DNA of 64,000 nucleotides, taken from assembly GCA_945861645.1 (NCBI GenBank), contig CAMAVZ010000003.1:28629-92628 (forward strand), given 5' to 3'. Each line of letters opens with the position of its first letter. Positions within the stretch are counted from its first letter, which is position 1. Of the stretch, positions 8,975-19,461 are shown one piece after another. A model generated the notes under the pieces. The model worked only from the letters and a program-made list of their open reading frames with translations. It did not search any database and was not told the origin of the DNA. This DNA comes from Opitutus sp. GAS368. Lineage in GTDB: Bacteria; Verrucomicrobiota; Verrucomicrobiia; Opitutales; Opitutaceae. The translations under genes and the position numbers were made by a program.

Positions 8975-10219
8975 ATGCAGCCGCAAAAAATCATCATCGC
9001 TGGGGGGGGAGCCGCCGGATTTTTTGCGGCCATCGCTTGTGCGGAAGCCAATCCGCATGGTCGCGTGACGATTTACGAGGCGACCGCGCACCCGTTAGCG
9101 AAAGTGAAAGTGTCCGGTGGCGGTCGTTGTAATGTGACGCATGCGTGTTTTGATCCTCGCGAATTAGTGAAACGGTATCCGCGCGGTTCGCGGGAATTGC
9201 TCGGGGCTTTTCATCGCTGGCAGCCGCGGGATACGGTCGATTGGTTTGAGCAACGCGGGGTGGCGCTAAAAATTGAGGCGGATGGTCGGATGTTTCCGGT
9301 GACGGATAATTCGCAGACGATTATCGATTGTTTGCGCGGCGCGGCGGAGCGAGCGGGGGTGTCGCTCGTCTTGCAGACGGGAATTAAATCAGTGCGGCGG
9401 CTTGCTCCGTCTAGGCCCGGTGAGGCGGGTCCTTTTCAGGTCACCTTAACGACCGGGGAAGTGGTGACGAGTGATCGGCTCTTGCTCGCGACCGGCGGCA
9501 ACCAAACTAACCTCGGCTTCACCTTCGCGCAGCAGTTCGGTCACACGATCGAGCCGCCGGTGCCTTCGCTGTTTACCTTTCACATTAAGGACCCGCGTTT
9601 AGCAGGTCTCGCGGGGGTTGCGGTGGAGGAAGCCCTGACCACGGTGCGGGGCACAAATTTGCAGGCGAGCGGGCCGTTGCTGGTGACGCACTGGGGGCAG
9701 AGCGGCCCGGCAATTCTCAAGCTTTCATCATGGGGCGCGCGGATCCTTCACGACTGCAGTTATCAATTTACTTTGCTCGTCAACTGGGCGCCGACGTTTA
9801 GCGCGGCCACGTTGCATAACGCATTGGAGCAAGCTCGCGCGGCGCAGCCTAAGAGACAGGTCGCCACGTGGTGTCCCGTGGGTTTGCCGCTGCGCTTGTG
9901 GGAAAAATTATTAATTGCCGCCGGCCTCGCCCCCGAGACGCAGTGGGCTATGGCCTCAGGCGCGGCCTTGCGGGCGTTGGCGGCGCAGGTGGGCGCGGGC
10001 GAGTTTGCCGTCACCGGTAAGAGCGCTTTCAAAGAAGAGTTCGTGACTTGTGGCGGGGTGCGATTGAGCGAGGTGGATTTTAAGACCATGGAAAGCCGCC
10101 TCGTGCCTGGACTCTATTTTGCGGGAGAGGTCTTGGATATTGATGGAATTACCGGCGGATTTAATTTCCAAGCGGCTTGGACCGGCGGTTGGCTAGCAGG
10201 CCAAGCGATGGCGCGGTGA
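8975..10219 (+). CDS. HI0933/BaiN-family NAD(P)/FAD-dependent oxidoreductase
   Basis: GGGAAG, KVKVSGGGRCNVT, GRMFP, LLATGG, THWG.SGP, VTCGGV, GEVLDIDGITGGFNFQAAW. Confidence 0.93.
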   Translation: MQPQKIIIAGGGAAGFFAAIACAEANPHGRVTIYEATAHPLAKVKVSGGGRCNVTHACFDPRELVKRYPRGSRELLGAFHRWQPRDTVDWFEQRGVALKIEADGRMFPVTDNSQTIIDCLRGAAERAGVSLVLQTGIKSVRRLAPSRPGEAGPFQVTLTTGEVVTSDRLLLATGGNQTNLGFTFAQQFGHTIEPPVPSLFTFHIKDPRLAGLAGVAVEEALTTVRGTNLQASGPLLVTHWGQSGPAILKLSSWGARILHDCSYQFTLLVNWAPTFSAATLHNALEQARAAQPKRQVATWCPVGLPLRLWEKLLIAAGLAPETQWAMASGAALRALAAQVGAGEFAVTGKSAFKEEFVTCGGVRLSEVDFKTMESRLVPGLYFAGEVLDIDGITGGFNFQAAWTGGWLAGQAMAR

Positions 10220-10271
10220 GCACAATTTATTTTGGCTTTGCTCGAGACGGTGTCACCAATCTGGCCTTCCG

Positions 10272-11225
10272 ATGATGACTTACGGTCAGCTGTTTCTCAC
10301 CATTGTACCGGTCTTCGCCATGATCGCCTTGGGGGTCGGATTGCGGCGCACGCGGCTGATCACGGAAGCGGCCGAGGGGAGCTTGTTTAACTTGGTCCTC
10401 ATGGTCACCACCCCCTGTCTCATTTTTGAATCCGTGGCGCTGAACCCCGCGCTGCGGCAACCGGGTAACCTATTATTGCCGCCGTTGCTTGGATTTGGGC
10501 TGACGCTGTTATCGATGGTCATCGGTTGGTATGTGGCGCGGGCACTGGGGTTAACCATCGGTCACGGACTCCGGACCTTCGCCCTAACGGTGGGCTTAAC
10601 GAATTATGGCTATCTGCCGCTACCACTCATGGACGCCCTGTTTGGTCCAGAAAGTCGCGCCGTACTGTTGATTTATAACGTTGGCTTAGAGGCGGCAATT
10701 TGGACGGGCGGGGTTTTGGTTGTCAGCGGTTTATCCCCGCTCGCGGGCTGGCGCAAATTAATCAATGCCCCCCTAATGGCGCTCCTGCTCGCGGTCTTGG
10801 CCAATTTTACCGGAGTGGCCGATCAGCTGCCGACCCTCGTGATGAATTTTATTCATGCCTTGGCTGGGTGTGCGATCCCACTGGGATTGCTGATGTCGGG
10901 GGTGAGCTTAGCGCCGCACCTCACCGATCCGCAGCAATTGGTTAATCCCCGCGTAACTCTGATCGCTTGTTTGCTTCGGCTCGCGGTGCTGCCGTTACTG
11001 CTGCTCAGCGTGGTTTACTGGGCGCCTTGCTCGATTGAACTCAAGCGCGTGCTCGTAGTTCAGGCCGCGATGCCGGCGGCGGTGGTGTCCGTGATTGTGG
11101 CCCGCGTCTACGGCGGTCAGCCCTAGGTCGCGGTCCAGATTATTGTCGGGACGACAGTCTTGGCGCTCTTTACGATTCCGCTTTGGTTGCGCTTTGGCCT
11201 GAGCTTGGTCGGGCTCGCGCCGTAA
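10272..11225 (+). pseudogene. AEC (auxin efflux carrier) family transporter interrupted by an in-frame TAG at 11124-11126
   Basis: NYGYLPLP, AIPLGLL..G and QAAMPAA motifs. After the TAG the frame continues VAVQIIVGTTVLALFTIPLWLRFGLSLVGLAP-TAA(11225), the expected last TM helix. Confidence 0.8.
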
Positions 11226-11329
11226 GTTCAGCCGGCAATAGCGGCCACAGGGCGAGTGGAAAAAAAGCGGGAGATTGCAGTCCGGCTCCACTTGACGCGG
11301 GCACGGTGGGCCTCCTGACTCGCCGCCTT

Positions 11330-12064
11330 ATGGAATGGATGACTGACCCGCAAATTTGGATTAGCCTGATCACGTTGACCGCCCTCGAGATCGTACTCGG
11401 CATCGACAACGTCATTTTTATTTCAATTTTGGCCGGCAAACTCCCGGCTGAGCAGCAGGCCAAAGCGCGTAAAACCGGCCTCATGCTCGCCTTAGTCACG
11501 CGCATCTTGCTGCTTTGCAGCTTGGCGTGGATGATTAAATTAACGGCCCCGATTTTTTTGGTGGGTGGGTTTAGCGTTTCTGGCCGCGACCTCATTTTGC
11601 TCGGCGGCGGGCTTTTTCTCATGGTGAAAAGCACCATGGAGATTCACGAAAAGTTAGAGGGCGCCGAGGCTACTGCGCAGAAAAAAGGCCCCGCCAAATT
11701 TAATGCGGTCATCGCGCAAATCCTGCTGCTCGACATTGTCTTTTCGCTCGATTCCGTGATCACCGCGATCGGGATGGCCAACACGCTTGGGGTAATGATT
11801 ACAGCCGTCGTGATCGCGCTTGGGGTTATGCTGTGGTATGCGGACGCGATTAGCGACTTCGTGCACGAGCACCCTACGCTAAAAATGCTCGCGTTGTCTT
11901 TTTTGCTCTTGATTGGCGTCACGCTCGTCGCGGAGGGCACGCATCAGCACGTCAACAAAGGTTACATTTATTTCGCCATGGCTTTCTCGTTCGGGGTGGA
12001 GCTGCTCAATCTTAAGTTGCGCAAGAAATCTGTCCCGGTCGTCTTGCACGACGGGGCCCCGTAA
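11330..12064 (+). CDS. TerC family membrane protein
   Basis: LEIVLGIDN, DIVFSLDSVITA, HPTLKMLALSFL, KGYIYFAMAFS. Start set at ATG 11330. Confidence 0.92.
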   Translation: MEWMTDPQIWISLITLTALEIVLGIDNVIFISILAGKLPAEQQAKARKTGLMLALVTRILLLCSLAWMIKLTAPIFLVGGFSVSGRDLILLGGGLFLMVKSTMEIHEKLEGAEATAQKKGPAKFNAVIAQILLLDIVFSLDSVITAIGMANTLGVMITAVVIALGVMLWYADAISDFVHEHPTLKMLALSFLLLIGVTLVAEGTHQHVNKGYIYFAMAFSFGVELLNLKLRKKSVPVVLHDGAP

Positions 12065-12120
12065 ATTATCCGCAGAAATTGGGGCTGGAAAAGCTTCAGT
12101 TGGCGCGCAGCTTAGATCCT

Positions 12121-12612
12121 ATGAGACATTTTATTTTATTGGGCGCGCTGGCCTTCGCCCCTTGGCTCTCCGCGCAAAATCCGACGGCCGATCTCGAAAA
12201 AGAAATCGGCGCAATCGTGGCCAGCCCGGCCGTAACGACGGTGGTGCATTTTTGGGCGCCTTGGTGCTCCAATTGCCAAGCCGAGCTAAAGCCCGAGGGT
12301 TGGGCGCAGTTCATCGCGGCCAATCCATCGGTTAAATTTGTCCTCCTGAACATTTGGCATGGCGGGCAAAGTCCGGTCTCGGCCCTCACCGCCGGCGGAC
12401 TCGGCCCCCAGCCAAATTTGGTGCTGCGCAATCACCCCAATGCTTCGCGCTTGGTGGCGGATCGGCTTAATACTTTTTTGGGTCTGCCGGTGACCTGGAT
12501 TCCCACCACGTGGGTTTTTCGTGACGGCAAACTGCGAGTTGCTTTTAACTACGGGGAGATTCGTTTCCCCGTGCTGCAACAGATGATGGCTGATGCGGAG
12601 CGGGCCTGGTAA
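12121..12612 (+). CDS. Exported thioredoxin/TlpA-like protein
   Basis: Signal peptide, HFWAPWCSNC, WIPTT cis-Pro loop. Confidence 0.85.
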   Translation: MRHFILLGALAFAPWLSAQNPTADLEKEIGAIVASPAVTTVVHFWAPWCSNCQAELKPEGWAQFIAANPSVKFVLLNIWHGGQSPVSALTAGGLGPQPNLVLRNHPNASRLVADRLNTFLGLPVTWIPTTWVFRDGKLRVAFNYGEIRFPVLQQMMADAERAW

Positions 12613-12677
12613 CACGCACTCTTCGGGCCAAATCCACGAGGGCTGGCGGGTGACTCGGGAAACTTAACCAATTTTTT

Positions 12678-14513
12678 ATGAAAAATATTTATCGCTGGCT
12701 GTTGGGTGGGGCGCTTCTGCTGGCGCCGCTGACTCAGGGAGTGGCCGCGCGCGCGGCCGAGCCACTCGCCGCGGCAGCGGTCGCGGCCGAATCGGCGAAG
12801 GCCAATGCTTTTTTCGACCAAGTCTTTGATGAGGCCGTCGCCCGCAGTCCGATGATGATGGGGGCGTTAGGGATAAAAAAAGACATGGATCGGTGGGATG
12901 ATATCTCCGAGGCGCGGGCGCTTGAGGACTTCGCGCTGACGGTGCAGCATTTTGCCGAGCTGAAGCAGCAAATCAATTTTGCGCTCCTCGATGATCAAGC
13001 CAAGGTGAGCTACCGCATGTTTGTTAAAGACGCGGAGCGGAGTATTGAGGGCTGGAAGTGGCGGCATTACAATTATCCGCTCAACCAGATGTCGGGGCTG
13101 CATTCGGAAGCGGCGGCTTTTTTAATTAATTATCATCCGATTACCACCGTCGTTGAAGCGCAGGCTTACATTGCGCGGTTGCGGGGGCTGGCCCGGTTAT
13201 TTGATCAGCTCATTGCCGGGGTGGAGCTCCGGGCCGCGAAAAATATTATTCCGCCGCGCTTCGTGTTTCCTTTAGTGATCGATTCGATCAAAGAGGTGAT
13301 CAGTGGTCAGCCTTTTGTGCAGACCGAAAAATCCAGTGCCTTGTGGGAAGATTTCTCCACTAAAGTCGGCGCGTTGCCCTCGATCGATGCGGCCATCCGG
13401 GCCAGTTTATTGGCCGAGGCGCGAGCGGCGCTCCTCGAAGCGGTGGGGCCAGCCTACGAAAAATTAATCAAAGTGCTAGTGGCGCAGCAACAGATCGCGA
13501 CCGATGATGATGGCGTGTGGAAATTTGCGGAGGGGCTTGATTATTACGCTTTCGCCCTGCGCGGCTCGACCACCACGCAATTAACCGCGGCGGAGATTCA
13601 TCAATTGGGGCTGAGTGAGGTGGCGCGCATTCATCATGATATGGCGGCCATCATGCAGCAGGTTGGGTTTAAAGGTGATCTGCAGGCTTTTTTTAAATTC
13701 ATAAAAGAGGACCCGCAGTTTTATTATCCCACGACCCCGGCGGGAAAAGCGGCCTATCTTAAACGCGCGAATCAAATCATTGATGCTATGCGCGCCCGCC
13801 TAGATGAATTTTTTATCACCAAGCCACAGGCGCCGTTGGTCGTGAAACCGGTGGAGCCTTTTCGTGAACAAGGTTCGGCGGGCGCTTTCTATGAGCAACC
13901 TTCCGCCGATGGTACGCGCCCTGGGGCGTATTATGTTAATACCATCGACATGCGCGGCGTGCCAATTTTTGAAATGGAAACGCTGGCTCACCATGAAGCT
14001 ATCCCCGGCCATCACATGCAGATCGCGATCGCGCAGGAGTTAAAGAATATGCCCAAGTTTCGCATGTATGGCGGCAATACCGCGTACGCGGAGGGCTGGG
14101 CGCTCTATGCGGAATATTTCCCCAAGGAGTTCGGTTATTATCAAGATCCCTATCAGGATTTTGGCCGACTGTATGATGAACTACTGCGCGCTGTGCGCCT
14201 AGTCGTCGACACGGGGCTGCATGCCAAAAAATGGACGCGCGCTCAGGTCATGGAGTATTTCCGACAGAACACGCCAAATCCTGAGCGGGATATTTTTACC
14301 GAGACCAATCGCTATATTGTTTGGCCCAGTCAGGCGACCGCCTATAAAATTGGGATGCTCAAAATTCTCGAATTACGGGAGCTGGCCAAAAAACAATTGG
14401 GGGCCGCCTTCGACTTGCGTGAGTACCACGACCTCGTGTTAAAAAATGGGGCCGTTCCGCTGGACCTCTTGGAAGAAAACGTGCGCGCTTGGATTGCGCC
14501 GCAGAAAAATTAA
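12678..14513 (+). CDS. DUF885 family exported protein (putative zinc peptidase)
   Basis: HHEAIPGHHMQ, EGWALYAE, RAVRLVVDTGLH, RYIVWPSQATAYKIG; signal peptide. Confidence 0.9.
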   Translation: MKNIYRWLLGGALLLAPLTQGVAARAAEPLAAAAVAAESAKANAFFDQVFDEAVARSPMMMGALGIKKDMDRWDDISEARALEDFALTVQHFAELKQQINFALLDDQAKVSYRMFVKDAERSIEGWKWRHYNYPLNQMSGLHSEAAAFLINYHPITTVVEAQAYIARLRGLARLFDQLIAGVELRAAKNIIPPRFVFPLVIDSIKEVISGQPFVQTEKSSALWEDFSTKVGALPSIDAAIRASLLAEARAALLEAVGPAYEKLIKVLVAQQQIATDDDGVWKFAEGLDYYAFALRGSTTTQLTAAEIHQLGLSEVARIHHDMAAIMQQVGFKGDLQAFFKFIKEDPQFYYPTTPAGKAAYLKRANQIIDAMRARLDEFFITKPQAPLVVKPVEPFREQGSAGAFYEQPSADGTRPGAYYVNTIDMRGVPIFEMETLAHHEAIPGHHMQIAIAQELKNMPKFRMYGGNTAYAEGWALYAEYFPKEFGYYQDPYQDFGRLYDELLRAVRLVVDTGLHAKKWTRAQVMEYFRQNTPNPERDIFTETNRYIVWPSQATAYKIGMLKILELRELAKKQLGAAFDLREYHDLVLKNGAVPLDLLEENVRAWIAPQKN

Positions 14514-14522
14514 AGCGGGAGT

Positions 14523-15278
14523 TTAGGGCGTCGCCGTGCTCCGCCGAAGATTGTCGCAAACAATGGCCGCCGCCACCGCGGCGTTGAGCGATTCAGCGTG
14601 GCCGTAACGCGGAATGGTCACGCGTTGGGTCACGCACGCCTGCACGGCCGGCGACAAGCCGCGACCTTCGCTCCCGATCACAATCACCGCATGGTGGTGA
14701 GGGGCGAGGGCGTGCACTGGCGCGCCCTGCAAATCGCAGCCGAGCACCGCCGCGGTGCACCCCGCTAAGGCCTCGGGGAGAAGCTGAGTGTGGACGGTCA
14801 CCCGCGCGAACGAGCCCATACTCGCGTTAATAACTTTCTGGGAAAAGAGATCAGCGCTATCCGGTGACAGCACGACGCGATCTAATCCGTACCAATCAGC
14901 TAGCCGTAACAACGTGCCAACATTGCCCGGATCTTGTATTCCATCGAGGGCGATGGTCAGCCCGTGGTTAAGCGTGCCGTGAACCAAGGGGGGGCGCGTG
15001 ATTTTACCGACCGCTAAAATCGAGGCGGGCGTAGGGAAATGACTAGCGCGCGCCATTTCCTCTGGCGTGATCAGTTGCACGGAGCGGGCGGCCGCTTCTG
15101 CACGAGGGGCGGCGTTAAACCAGGCCGCCGTCGCATAAATTTCTAAAAGAGGATAATGGGCGGCTAATAATTCGCCGATTACTTTTTCACCTTCGATGAC
15201 AAAAAGCCCCGCACTCTCGCGATTTTTTTTCTCGCGCAAGTCACGCAGACGAGAGAGTTCGACTTTGGTCAAGGGCAT
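14523..15278 (-). CDS. TrmH/SpoU family RNA 2'-O-methyltransferase
   Basis: LDGIQDPGNVGTLLR, GSEGRGLS, ESLNAAVA. Confidence 0.92.
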   Translation of the reverse strand: MPLTKVELSRLRDLREKKNRESAGLFVIEGEKVIGELLAAHYPLLEIYATAAWFNAAPRAEAAARSVQLITPEEMARASHFPTPASILAVGKITRPPLVHGTLNHGLTIALDGIQDPGNVGTLLRLADWYGLDRVVLSPDSADLFSQKVINASMGSFARVTVHTQLLPEALAGCTAAVLGCDLQGAPVHALAPHHHAVIVIGSEGRGLSPAVQACVTQRVTIPRYGHAESLNAAVAAAIVCDNLRRSTATP

Positions 15279-15320
15279 GGCAGCAGCAAGGCAGGGGGTG
15301 CGATCGATGGCAATGGCGGC

Positions 15321-16640
15321 TTAATCAGCTGGCGAGCGCCGCACCATAAACCAATTGAGGCTAGCGATCGCGACAATTCCACTGATGACCACTGCATGGG
15401 TTAGGTTCATCTGGGCGAGCAGCGCCCCGCACAGGGCTAGGCCGGCGAGAGCGATTATGCTACCGGCCGGCAAGCGGAAGGCATCAGCTTGAGGTCGCTG
15501 CTGACGCAAGCGGATGAGAGAAACACAGGCGAGCGCGTAGGTGACGAGACGCGCGCCCGCTGAGATCACCGCGTTCCAAATAAAATTTCCGTAAATGGCG
15601 AGGGCAAGCACTAGGAGACACCATACTAGGATGGAAATATACGGGGTGCGAAAGCGAGGATGCACGCTCGCGAAGACTGCGGGAAAGTCGCCGCGTGCCG
15701 CCATGGCATAGGTCTGGCGCGGCACGCCGATGATCTGCGCACTCAGATAGCCGGAGGTGGAGATCATGGCGCCGAGGGCGATGAACGCCGCCCCGATCGG
15801 GCCGAGTAAGGTGCGGGCCGCATCCGCCAAGGGGCGTTCACTCCCCGCGAGATTGGGCACGGTGCGCATGGCGACAATCTGCGTGAGAAAATAGCAGGCG
15901 GCGATAACGAGCAGGCCGGTAAAAAGCGCAAAAGGAATATCGCGGCGCGGATTTTTCCCTTCGGCGAGCGGCATCAGGGCGGCTTCAAAGCCGCCGAAGG
16001 CAAACAACAGTACGAGGACGGCATTGAGCCAGCCGGTCGTCGTGGCGGTTACGCTCGGTTGGGACCAGCTCGGGCCCGACCACAAAAATCCCATCACGAT
16101 CAGTAGTATTAGCGGGAGAAGTTTAGCCGCGGTCAGGCAGTTGGCGAGCCGAGCGCCTCGGTCTATCCCGCGAATATTTGTGAACGTTAGGGCGCCCAGT
16201 AAGCTCGCCATGATGACGATGCGCGGGATGGGCGCAGTGGCTCCGGGCCAGAATTCGCCGAGATAGACGACAAACAGATTAGTGTTAGCCGCCGCGGCCG
16301 TCAGGCGAACTAACCAAATAAACCAGCCCATCTGAATTCCCCAAAATTGACCACACGCCTCGCGGGCAAAAAGATACGGGCCCCCCGCCTGCTTGAATTG
16401 CGAACCAAGTTCGGCAAAGACGCCCATAAAGATGGCGATGCCGGCGGCCGCGAGCACATAGGCCCAAGGAGCCGCCGCCCCTACAAATCGAACCAAATCA
16501 TCCGGCAGCCCGAAGACCCCGCTGCCAATCACTGCATTAACCACGAGCGCGGTTAAGGACCACCGGCCCAGCGCGCGGACCAACTCCGGGGTCGTCGCGG
16601 TCGCGGGCTGGCCGCTAAGAGGGAAAGCGGGGCGCTTCAT
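15321..16640 (-). CDS. APC family amino acid permease
   Basis: VIGSGVF, AELGS...GGPY, FAFGGFE, KNPRRDIP, HPRFRTP; ~12 TM helices. Confidence 0.92.
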   Translation of the reverse strand: MKRPAFPLSGQPATATTPELVRALGRWSLTALVVNAVIGSGVFGLPDDLVRFVGAAAPWAYVLAAAGIAIFMGVFAELGSQFKQAGGPYLFAREACGQFWGIQMGWFIWLVRLTAAAANTNLFVVYLGEFWPGATAPIPRIVIMASLLGALTFTNIRGIDRGARLANCLTAAKLLPLILLIVMGFLWSGPSWSQPSVTATTTGWLNAVLVLLFAFGGFEAALMPLAEGKNPRRDIPFALFTGLLVIAACYFLTQIVAMRTVPNLAGSERPLADAARTLLGPIGAAFIALGAMISTSGYLSAQIIGVPRQTYAMAARGDFPAVFASVHPRFRTPYISILVWCLLVLALAIYGNFIWNAVISAGARLVTYALACVSLIRLRQQRPQADAFRLPAGSIIALAGLALCGALLAQMNLTHAVVISGIVAIASLNWFMVRRSPAD

Positions 16641-16742
16641 GAAGAAATTAAGCTGTCAGGCCAGTGCTCGGGCTCAAGCTTGATGGTCATGATCGCCTAA
16701 CTTTTTGATTCTGCTGCGCAGGGGAACTGCTACGCAAGAGTC

Positions 16743-17408
16743 ATGAGTGCCGCCATTGTCCCCAAGCTTCGTTTGCAGCCCAAGTTCCCAGGGGATTCGG
16801 TCAGTGAATTGCCGGCGGTTGACTCGGCGCCCGCAGGAAGTCCGGCCCTCCCGTTGGCGGCAAAATCATCGAGGGCGGCGGCAGAAAATTCTTCGCCGCG
16901 GCGGCACACACTTATTCCCAATCAGGTGGCGCCGAGATCAATCAAAAAAACGATTTTTATTTTTGCCGGAGTTGTTTGGTTATGTGCGCTGAGCTACGGG
17001 CTTTATTTTATCCTGCGGGGAAAAACTCAGCCGCTCTCGCCGCCGCTGGTAGCCAAACGCGTAACACCGCTTAGCCCGTCGACCGTCTTGAAAGTGGCGC
17101 CGCTGGCCGCGGTAGTTGTCTCAGTCGTCACGCTCATCGCCCCCGCGCAGGCAGTTACGCCTCCCTCGGTCGCGCCCGTCGGGCCATCGGTCCCCTCAGC
17201 AATTTTTAAAGCTTGGGGAGAAAGCCTAAAAATCAATGGCGTCAGTGCCACCGATTATCCACGGATTTTGATTGACGGGATCGCCTATGCGGCGGGGGAG
17301 CTAGTTAATGGGCCGCTCGGTATCAGTTTTGTCGGTTACGAGCCAGCGACTCGCCTGCTCATTTTCAAAGACAAGACCGGCGCCACCGTTAAGCATCGCC
17401 GTCGTTAG
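16743..17408 (+). CDS. Hypothetical single-pass membrane protein with Pro/Ala linker and small C-terminal beta domain (loosely GspB-like)
   Basis: One TM helix (IFIFAGVVWLCALSYGLYFIL); C-terminal LKINGV...RILIDG...GELVN...LLIFKD. Confidence 0.6.
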   Translation: MSAAIVPKLRLQPKFPGDSVSELPAVDSAPAGSPALPLAAKSSRAAAENSSPRRHTLIPNQVAPRSIKKTIFIFAGVVWLCALSYGLYFILRGKTQPLSPPLVAKRVTPLSPSTVLKVAPLAAVVVSVVTLIAPAQAVTPPSVAPVGPSVPSAIFKAWGESLKINGVSATDYPRILIDGIAYAAGELVNGPLGISFVGYEPATRLLIFKDKTGATVKHRRR

Positions 17409-17493
17409 TCGCGTGGTGGGCGCCGGCGCTGCGCAGTTGCGGGTAACATAAATAATCAACTCACTCGACCTGAAGCGGCTACGCATTGAGCGC

Positions 17494-18174
17494 TTAATGC
17501 GCGGCGAGCACTTCCTTAATGCTCCGCAATAGGTCGGGATCGGTCGCAATGCCCAGCACTCCGTTGACCACGAATTGCACCCCGATGCACATAATGAGAA
17601 ACCCCATGATCTTGGTCATCGCGTTAACCCCCACCGGACCAATGATCGCCACAATCTTACCGGATACACGAAGCATCGCGTAGGTGAGGGCGGCGATCGA
17701 AATAATGCCGGCGATGATCGCTAGGTAGTCAGTCCAATGAGTCGCCAGTGAGGTGAAGCCGAGGGTGACGGCAATCGAACCAGGACCGCTGAGCATCGGC
17801 ATCGCTAGGGGGGAAAAAGAAATATCGGTTTTTTTGCGGGCGGCCTCGCGCTCCTCCTCATCGGGTTTGCCGAGATTTTGATGATTCGTCAGCATGCCCA
17901 TGCCGATACCCGCCATTAAAATTCCCCCGGCGATGCGGAGGCCAGGAACCGAGATGCCAAAAAAATTCATGATGAAGGTGCCGCCAGTGAGTGCGCTCAC
18001 CAAAATACAGATCATATAGATGCAGCCTTTGCGGGCCTGCTCGCGGCGGCGGGCATCGCTGTCGCCTTCCGTAATGGCCAGAAAAGTCGGGGCGGCCGCG
18101 AGGGGATTAATGATGGGGAGAAGCCCCATGAAGGTTCCGAGGAAAATTGCCCAGAGGTGAATAACGTTAGACAT
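17494..18174 (-). CDS. MarC family (NAAT) membrane protein
   Basis: IINPL..P.F, FFGISVPGLRIAGG, PLAMPMLSGPGSI, KIMGFLIMCIGVQF. Confidence 0.92.
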   Translation of the reverse strand: MSNVIHLWAIFLGTFMGLLPIINPLAAAPTFLAITEGDSDARRREQARKGCIYMICILVSALTGGTFIMNFFGISVPGLRIAGGILMAGIGMGMLTNHQNLGKPDEEEREAARKKTDISFSPLAMPMLSGPGSIAVTLGFTSLATHWTDYLAIIAGIISIAALTYAMLRVSGKIVAIIGPVGVNAMTKIMGFLIMCIGVQFVVNGVLGIATDPDLLRSIKEVLAAH

Positions 18175-18210
18175 GAGATTTAAAATTAAGGTGAAACCAT
18201 GAGGCCGCGC

Positions 18211-19323
18211 TCACCAAACATCAACGGGTCCTTTCGGCACGGAAATCGATTCGCGTCGGCGGAGCGCGAGCTCTTCTGGGCTGAGCATAAAGGACGCCAC
18301 CATGGGATCTGGCTGAAAGCGCGGGAGCAACTCACCCGTCGCGTCAAGAAAAGGCGCACGCCATTTTTCATAATTCACGAGCAGGGTTTCAAATTCCGCG
18401 CGGGTGCAAAATTGCGTAATCCCCTTTTTAAATTCTTTAGCGGGACCAAAGCGTTTTGCGTACCAGCTCGCGGGTTTGCGAAAGAGGCGGCAGCCATGAT
18501 CTTCGCCAAAGACCTCAATCATCAAATCGAGGTGGCGACGCATGACGTGCACCCGTTCGCGGTAGCCAGCTTCGGCACGGAGCTCGCCGGTTTTGAGGTA
18601 GTGCTGGGTGTGGGTAAAAATCCAGGGATTATAAAATGCCCCGCGGCCAATGCCCACGCCGGCGCAACCGGTTTCATTGAACATATGGCGAGCCGCTGCC
18701 GGCGTGGTGACGTCGCCGTTACCAATGACGGGGATATTTTTCACGGCGGCCACCACGGCGCGAATGCCCGCTAAATTGACGGTTCCGCTAAAACCCTGCG
18801 CGCGGGTTCGGCCATGCACGAAAATTGCGGCCACGCCGGTATCTTCGAGGACGCGGGCTAGATCGGGGGCGGTCAGATTATTTTCATCCCAGCCGAGTCG
18901 CATCTTAGCGGTGATCGGAATTTTAACGGCGTCGACCATCCCACGCACGAGCCGCGCAGTCTTGGCTAGCTCTGTCATCATAGCGGAGCCACCGCCAATC
19001 TCGGTTACTTTTTTAACCGGACACCCCATGTTAATATCAACAGAGGCAATGCCCAGTGACTCCACGATGAGGGCAGCGTCGCGCATTTCTTCTGGCACTG
19101 CGCCGAAAAGCTGCACCGCGAGCCGTTGCTCAGCCGGAGCGGTACGGATCATTTGCAGCGCGCGCGGGTTTTTTTCGATCAGAGAGCGGGCGTTAACCAA
19201 ATCTGTCGTGGTCCAGTCCAGTCCACCAATTTCGCGCACGACCAGCCGGAAGGGCAGATTGGTGTAGCCCGCGAGCGGCGAGAGAAAGAGATTTGAACCG
19301 AATTCGTAAGGCCCAATACGCAT
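18211..19323 (-). CDS. dusB: tRNA dihydrouridine synthase
   Basis: SPLAG, VQLFG, DINMGCP, KMRLGWD, VHGRTR, GNGDV, GRG. Confidence 0.9.
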   Translation of the reverse strand: MRIGPYEFGSNLFLSPLAGYTNLPFRLVVREIGGLDWTTTDLVNARSLIEKNPRALQMIRTAPAEQRLAVQLFGAVPEEMRDAALIVESLGIASVDINMGCPVKKVTEIGGGSAMMTELAKTARLVRGMVDAVKIPITAKMRLGWDENNLTAPDLARVLEDTGVAAIFVHGRTRAQGFSGTVNLAGIRAVVAAVKNIPVIGNGDVTTPAAARHMFNETGCAGVGIGRGAFYNPWIFTHTQHYLKTGELRAEAGYRERVHVMRRHLDLMIEVFGEDHGCRLFRKPASWYAKRFGPAKEFKKGITQFCTRAEFETLLVNYEKWRAPFLDATGELLPRFQPDPMVASFMLSPEELALRRRESISVPKGPVDVW

Positions 19324-19461
19324 AATCAGCTTCAGTCGTTATCGCGGGTGGCCACAGATGCAAGGATGGGCCGAAGTCGCATGCGATCGAGGTGCATAGA
19401 CTGGGGCGGCGGGCTGAATCTGGCCATTGACCGCCGGGATTCTTCGGGCCAAATTACCGGC

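Noticed and set aside
11124-11126. Genome-wide TAG recoding or pyrrolysine
   Set aside because: Other genes end sensibly at TAG (e.g. the TBDT ending in terminal Phe at 58610, SYLF, UxaE-like), and no pyl genes are in the window.
11226-11329. yybP-ykoY manganese riboswitch upstream of terC
   Set aside because: The conserved GGGGAGUA core and four-way junction are not seen, and the spacer is short.
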